Assembly (NCBI GenBank): GCA_964505765.1
Contig: CAZDJQ010000003.1
Coordinates: 1 to 46,565 of the forward strand
DNA from: an uncultured Gammaproteobacteria bacterium
GTDB lineage: Bacteria; Patescibacteriota; Microgenomatia; UBA12405; JAHJSD01
Direction of reading: 5' to 3'
DNA: 46,565 nt
Below are positions 42,468 to 46,565 of the stretch, one piece after another (the first letter of the stretch is position 1; the number at the start of each line of letters is the position of its first letter). The notes below the pieces were generated by a model. That model had not been told where the DNA came from. It made no database searches and saw only the letters and a program-made list of their open reading frames with translations. A program made the translations under genes and the position numbers.

Positions 42468-43370
42468 TTATCTACCACTGCCTTGAGCCTTCATCCAGGC
42501 GCTACTACGTGCCTTATCGTCACGGGTCTCTTCTAAAGTTATCTTAGGCATAATAATTGTCACAATAATTCGCCCAAGGAATAAGCCGCCGAGGTACCCG
42601 ATCAAAGCCGAAAGCCACCACATCTCCCATAATTCATAGGTCCCTAAAAGCAGCGCAACACCAACAGCCGGATGGAAAGCAAAGAAGATAAAACGTTTGA
42701 TTTTGCTGGATTCTGTAATAAGATCGGGGATGGCTCTTGCCACAATAAACTGGGTCCAGAGAAAAACGAAAATGCCCAGCGCCCAGGACAAGGTCTGGGT
42801 GTAGGTGAATATTCCAGCTCCTATTGCAGACACAATACTAAGCACAGTAAAAACAGCCCTGATATTGCGGACACGGTTCCTTGGATCTTTCTTTGGCATA
42901 AATGCAGCAAATGGGTTAAGTGAACTGATATAGCGCCCCCAAGTATTTGCTTTGGTACTATGCAGTAGAACTGCCGGCGAGCCAAAAGTTTTAGCCAAAA
43001 TATCATTGTATCTATCAGCCACCTCTGCGACAGTTCCAACCGATCTTTCTAACTCCGGGTAATCCAGGTTTTCCAACTGTCTCTTTATCTGAAGGTCAAT
43101 CGTACCTGATCCCTCGTTTATGGCAAAGGCAGCGTCTTTAGTATCAGATAGATTCAATGTGAGGAGCTTCCTGAAAAGAGGGAGTAAATTCTCCTCAGGC
43201 AAATTAATTACCGGGGCGGAAACCAATAGCAAGTCTTTTTTTGGAACAGCAACTACTGCGACAGGTGCATTGCCTTTCTTAAGTAAGCATTTATTGTTTT
43301 TATCAAGCTGGCTATTGACCATCTTTTTTAAAAACTTGTTAATCTTGTCAATGCTCTTTTTTTCTGACAT
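42468..43370 (-). CDS. YbjN-like domain fused to a C-terminal multi-TM region, paralog 2
   Basis: 300 aa, colinear with 11064..11963 (NAPVAVVAVP...LPLFRKLLTLNLSDTKDAAFAINEGSGTIDLQIKRQLENLDYPELERSVGTVAEVADRYNDIL, followed by hydrophobic helices). Confidence 0.6.
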   Translation of the reverse strand: MSEKKSIDKINKFLKKMVNSQLDKNNKCLLKKGNAPVAVVAVPKKDLLLVSAPVINLPEENLLPLFRKLLTLNLSDTKDAAFAINEGSGTIDLQIKRQLENLDYPELERSVGTVAEVADRYNDILAKTFGSPAVLLHSTKANTWGRYISSLNPFAAFMPKKDPRNRVRNIRAVFTVLSIVSAIGAGIFTYTQTLSWALGIFVFLWTQFIVARAIPDLITESSKIKRFIFFAFHPAVGVALLLGTYELWEMWWLSALIGYLGGLFLGRIIVTIIMPKITLEETRDDKARSSAWMKAQGSGR

Positions 43371-43399
43371 ATATCACCTTTTTTATTGGTTTGTGTTAT

Positions 43400-46006
43400 T
43401 TACTTGAGATCACGGCCGCATTTTCTGCACCACTTATTTGAAGCAGGATTCACTGTCCCGCATCCTTTGCATATCTTTGTTTTTTTATCCGGTTCGGGTT
43501 TCGTCTTTGGCAATTCAGACGGCTCTTTATCCCGGGGACTTGGTTTTTTAATCACTTCCTTTTCCGGTATTTCTTTTTTTGGAACCGGGTCTTCTTTCTT
43601 ATTTGCCTCCTTTTTTGTTACTCTTTCCTCTTCTTTCTTAACTTTCTGCTTTCTGACCCGTTTTTTTTTAAATGTAATCGCACCATCCGACATTCTGAGT
43701 TTAATTACATCATGTTCGGAAATCTTGCCGCGGATTATTTCATTGGCCAGTGGCTCTACCACCAGATCTTCGATGGTCCGCCTTAAGGGGCGGGCACCCA
43801 TGGCCGGGTCGTAGCGGGCATTAACCAGGAAATCGATAACTTTATCTTCAGCTTCAACTTTGACTTTAACTCTCGATAACATTACTGAGGCAATATTTCT
43901 AAGATTATCTTTGCTTAGAGGATTAAAGATGACTACTTCATCAATCCGGTTCATAAACTCCGGGCTAAGCCTTCTTTTCAGGTCCTTTTCTATGTCCCCG
44001 CGAATATCCTTTATGGAAACTCCCTTCTCTTGCTCTTCTGTTGTTCTTAAATCTACTCCAAGAGGACGATATTCACTAATTCTGTTTGAGCCGATATTGG
44101 AAGTCATAATAACCACGGTGTTTCTGAAATTTACAGGTCTTCCCAAACCATCAGTTAAGCGGCCTTCTTCCATGATTTGAAGCAAGATGCGCAGGACTTC
44201 CGGATGGGCCTTTTCAATTTCATCAAAAAGGACAACTGAATACGGCTGTTTTTTAACTGCCTCTGTCAATTGTCCTCCCAGCTCTGAATTAACATAGCCG
44301 TGCGGTGAACCAAGCAGGCGGGAAATTGTATGTTTGTCATAGAATTCAGACATATCGACCTGGATTATGCGGTCTTCATCATCAAAAAGAATCTCTGCCA
44401 AGGTTTTAGCTAACTCCGTCTTGCCCACTCCTGTTGGGCCCAGAAAAAGAAATGAACCGATGGGCCTTTTGGGATTTCCGAGACCGGAACGGGATTTCCT
44501 GATAGATTGGCAAATAGCAAATACTGCTTCATCCTGACCGACTATTCTTTTTTTCATCAATTTCTCAAGGGAAATCAGCTTTTCACTTTCTTTTTCGGTG
44601 AGTTTACCGGAAGGAATTCCTGTCCAATCAGAAACTATCCGGGCTACATCTTCAAACGAGATTAAAATTGATTTGGTGGCTGGTGATGCTTCTTTTTTGC
44701 CCGAAAAGAGCTCTCTTCTTTCTTCCCTGGTAAGCTGACCGAAATCGCTTACTCCGTAATAATGCCTAAGCTTCTTTTGAGAACAAGCCTGGTCAATTAA
44801 ATCGATTGCCTTATCCGGTAAGCGTCTGTCGCCTATGTACCTTGTTGAAAGTTCAACCCCTGCTTTTAAAGCTTCGTCCAAGATTTTGACCCTATGAAAC
44901 TCTTCATATTTGGGTCTGAGTCCCAAGAGAATCTCATGGGTTTCATCTGTGGTCGGTTCGCCCACAAAGACCGGCTGAAAGCGCCGGGCCAGGGCCTTGT
45001 CTTTTTCAAAATGTCGGCGATATTCCTCATTGGTAGTAGCACCAATGCACTTTATTGTGCCGCGGGAAAGAGCCGGTTTTAAAATATCGGCTGCGCCCAT
45101 AGACACACCGCGAGCTCCTATCAAAGTGTGAATTTCATCAATAAAAATAATGAGATTCGGGTCCTTTTCCGCCTCTTTTATAAGACCCTGCAGTTTCTGC
45201 TCAAAATGGCCGTAATACTTGGCACCGGCAGCTACCACTGCCACCATTTCAACAGTTCGGATTCTTTTCCCTTTTAATTCAGGCGGGACTTTTTCTAAGA
45301 CAATAACTTGAGCCAAGCCTTCGACCACCGCTGTTTTACCCACACCTGCATCACCGACTAAAATGCAGTTATTTTTTCGTCTGCCAGTCAGAATTTTCAT
45401 CATGGCAAGAAGTTCGTCTTCGCGGCCTATTATTGGATCAAGCTTTCCTTTTTCGGCATCTGCGGTAAGGTCCCGGCCGAGATTTTTGAGTATGCCTGAG
45501 GTTTTATCAATTCCCGGTTGTTCGACCGTTTTTCTTTCTTCATAAAATTTCCTAGGCCAATCTCCCCAGCGCACCATCTCCTGAAAATTCTGAATCGCTT
45601 TGGCTATATCAGCGCCACTGCTTTTTAAAATACTAACAACCATACTGCTTTCATCATCTAAAATCCCCAGCAGAATATGAGTTGCCTCGACTTTAGATTG
45701 GCCGACTCTATTTGATTCAATTTTAGCCGTTTCTATGGCTTTCTTGGCTTCCGGTGAAAAAAAGACTTGAAATTCTTCCGGCTTTTTTGCAGATTTAAGC
45801 TTTTGGCGGATTTTTCGGGCTATCTCATCAATATCTATACCAATTTTTTGAAACTGACGACGGATATACACATCTTCAAGCTCAACCACTCCTAAAAAGA
45901 GATGTTCTGTCCCAATGTAGTCGTTATTTAACTCCTTGCAAATACGCTCAGCATAAGATATCGTGAGTTTGCCCGATTCACCAAGATTGCTTAAACTCAT
46001 TTTCAC
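43400..46006 (-). CDS. ClpC/ClpA-type double AAA+ unfoldase with full Clp_N domain and in-frame C-terminal RanBP2-like zinc finger, paralog 2
   Basis: 868 aa with two Clp_N repeats (YIGTEHLFLGV; EATHILLGIL). D1 has GDAGVGKTAVVEGLAQ and IIFIDEIHTL; D2 has GPTGVGKTELAKTLA and VVLFDEIEKAHP. A K/E/P-rich tail ends in CKGCGTVNPASNKWCRKCG. Confidence 0.92.
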   Translation of the reverse strand: MKMSLSNLGESGKLTISYAERICKELNNDYIGTEHLFLGVVELEDVYIRRQFQKIGIDIDEIARKIRQKLKSAKKPEEFQVFFSPEAKKAIETAKIESNRVGQSKVEATHILLGILDDESSMVVSILKSSGADIAKAIQNFQEMVRWGDWPRKFYEERKTVEQPGIDKTSGILKNLGRDLTADAEKGKLDPIIGREDELLAMMKILTGRRKNNCILVGDAGVGKTAVVEGLAQVIVLEKVPPELKGKRIRTVEMVAVVAAGAKYYGHFEQKLQGLIKEAEKDPNLIIFIDEIHTLIGARGVSMGAADILKPALSRGTIKCIGATTNEEYRRHFEKDKALARRFQPVFVGEPTTDETHEILLGLRPKYEEFHRVKILDEALKAGVELSTRYIGDRRLPDKAIDLIDQACSQKKLRHYYGVSDFGQLTREERRELFSGKKEASPATKSILISFEDVARIVSDWTGIPSGKLTEKESEKLISLEKLMKKRIVGQDEAVFAICQSIRKSRSGLGNPKRPIGSFLFLGPTGVGKTELAKTLAEILFDDEDRIIQVDMSEFYDKHTISRLLGSPHGYVNSELGGQLTEAVKKQPYSVVLFDEIEKAHPEVLRILLQIMEEGRLTDGLGRPVNFRNTVVIMTSNIGSNRISEYRPLGVDLRTTEEQEKGVSIKDIRGDIEKDLKRRLSPEFMNRIDEVVIFNPLSKDNLRNIASVMLSRVKVKVEAEDKVIDFLVNARYDPAMGARPLRRTIEDLVVEPLANEIIRGKISEHDVIKLRMSDGAITFKKKRVRKQKVKKEEERVTKKEANKKEDPVPKKEIPEKEVIKKPSPRDKEPSELPKTKPEPDKKTKICKGCGTVNPASNKWCRKCGRDLK

Positions 46007-46131
46007 TCCTCAACCGTTTAGGTTATATCGATGTATAATAATAAAAAAGATAAGAATCTCTTTTTTTTCTGTTGATGATGATTTTCACTCCATTTCATCA
46101 AATTTTCACCCTCTTAGCAACTTCATCATCC

Positions 46132-46161
46132 ATCATACATATTAAAAACAATTCTAGTCAA
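46132..46161 (-). promoter_or_regulatory. candidate promoter for the large minus-strand operon
   Basis: The minus strand reads TTGACT (46161-46156), an 18-nt spacer, then TATGAT (46137-46132), about 125 nt upstream of the ClpC-like start. This is a motif match only. Confidence 0.25.
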
Positions 46162-46439
46162 CATGAAATCCAAAAATGTCTTCTCTTCCGATTGCAAAAG
46201 ATTTAAATTAGCTATCTTATTGATTAACAAATATTTGCCATGGGCGACCCCAAAAACAAAACTTTCCTATATTTCATAGGAATCTTATCCTAATACCATC
46301 CTGCCTCCTTATAAGCGTCAACGGAACTTTACGGTTCTGAGCTGCAAGAGGCAGAGCTCCTTCTGCTAACTCCTTTTATTTCAGCAATTATCCCCTTCCT
46401 TCGGGGATTGGCCTGTTTCTTGATGGATAGCTCCTTGCT

Positions 46440-46565
46440 GTGGCAGGAATCTATCGCCCCCGACATCCGGAACGCACCGTGCTCTACCGTGTGCTCTTCT
46501 ATTACTTTGAGCAGTTCCTTGCCGAATACGAGAGCCGGTTTGAGAGAGAGTACGGCTTCCTCCGG
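46440..46565 (+). mobile_element. 5' end of an IS91-family transposase gene (partial, runs off the window)
   Basis: The frame is open from a GTG at 46440 and reads VAGIYRPRHPERTVLYRVLFYYFEQFLAEYESRFEREYGFLR. This matches the conserved N-terminal region of IS91-family transposases (YRPR.P..S.LY......F..F...Y..RF...YGF.RP) that precedes their zinc-binding domain. Confidence 0.6.

Overview
AT-rich bacterial window, coded almost entirely on the minus strand from about 6.2 kb to 46.0 kb. I found no rRNA, tRNA or CRISPR array.

The dominant feature is a tightly packed minus-strand gene train of about 24 kb (46006 down to 22098). In transcription order it encodes:
- a ClpC-type double AAA+ unfoldase carrying a C-terminal RanBP2-like zinc finger
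- a YbjN-like/transmembrane fusion
- two copies of a small unknown gene, alternating with WD40 proteins
- three large WD40 proteins here (a fourth follows below), all sharing one N-terminal helical segment; two of them end in the same zinc finger
- a NUDIX hydrolase
- a DUF4062-NACHT STAND NTPase with no repeat domain of its own
- a TM-RCK-RyR channel-like protein
- zinc-ribbon proteins
- a membrane-anchored WD40 protein
- a RelA/SpoT-TPR-SLOG-RyR fusion
- a YbjN-like protein plus ClpP
- a PrsW-like membrane protein and a secreted trypsin-like protease

A shorter, partly decayed copy of the core lies at 6248-14201. It contains ClpC-like, YbjN-TM, a small gene, WD40-ZnF, YbjN and ClpP.

Between the two copies lie:
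- a TerB-like gene with a perfect consensus promoter
- a CASTOR/POLLUX-like RCK protein
- a CaCA exchanger
- an ISL3-derived miniature element
- a TPR protein and a fifth WD40 protein of the same family

The left arm (1-6.2 kb) holds small accessory genes: two PD-(D/E)xK-like proteins, an SH3b secreted protein and a tandem SLATT/DUF4231-like membrane protein. The right edge runs into the 5' end of an IS91-family transposase.

I read the locus as a candidate undescribed STAND/WD40 conflict or regulated-proteolysis system. It combines a split NWD1-like sensor set, a dedicated ClpC-ClpP machine and a nucleotide-signalling/ion-channel arm. All domain calls come from motif reading by eye, with no database search. 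The source organism cannot be determined from the window.
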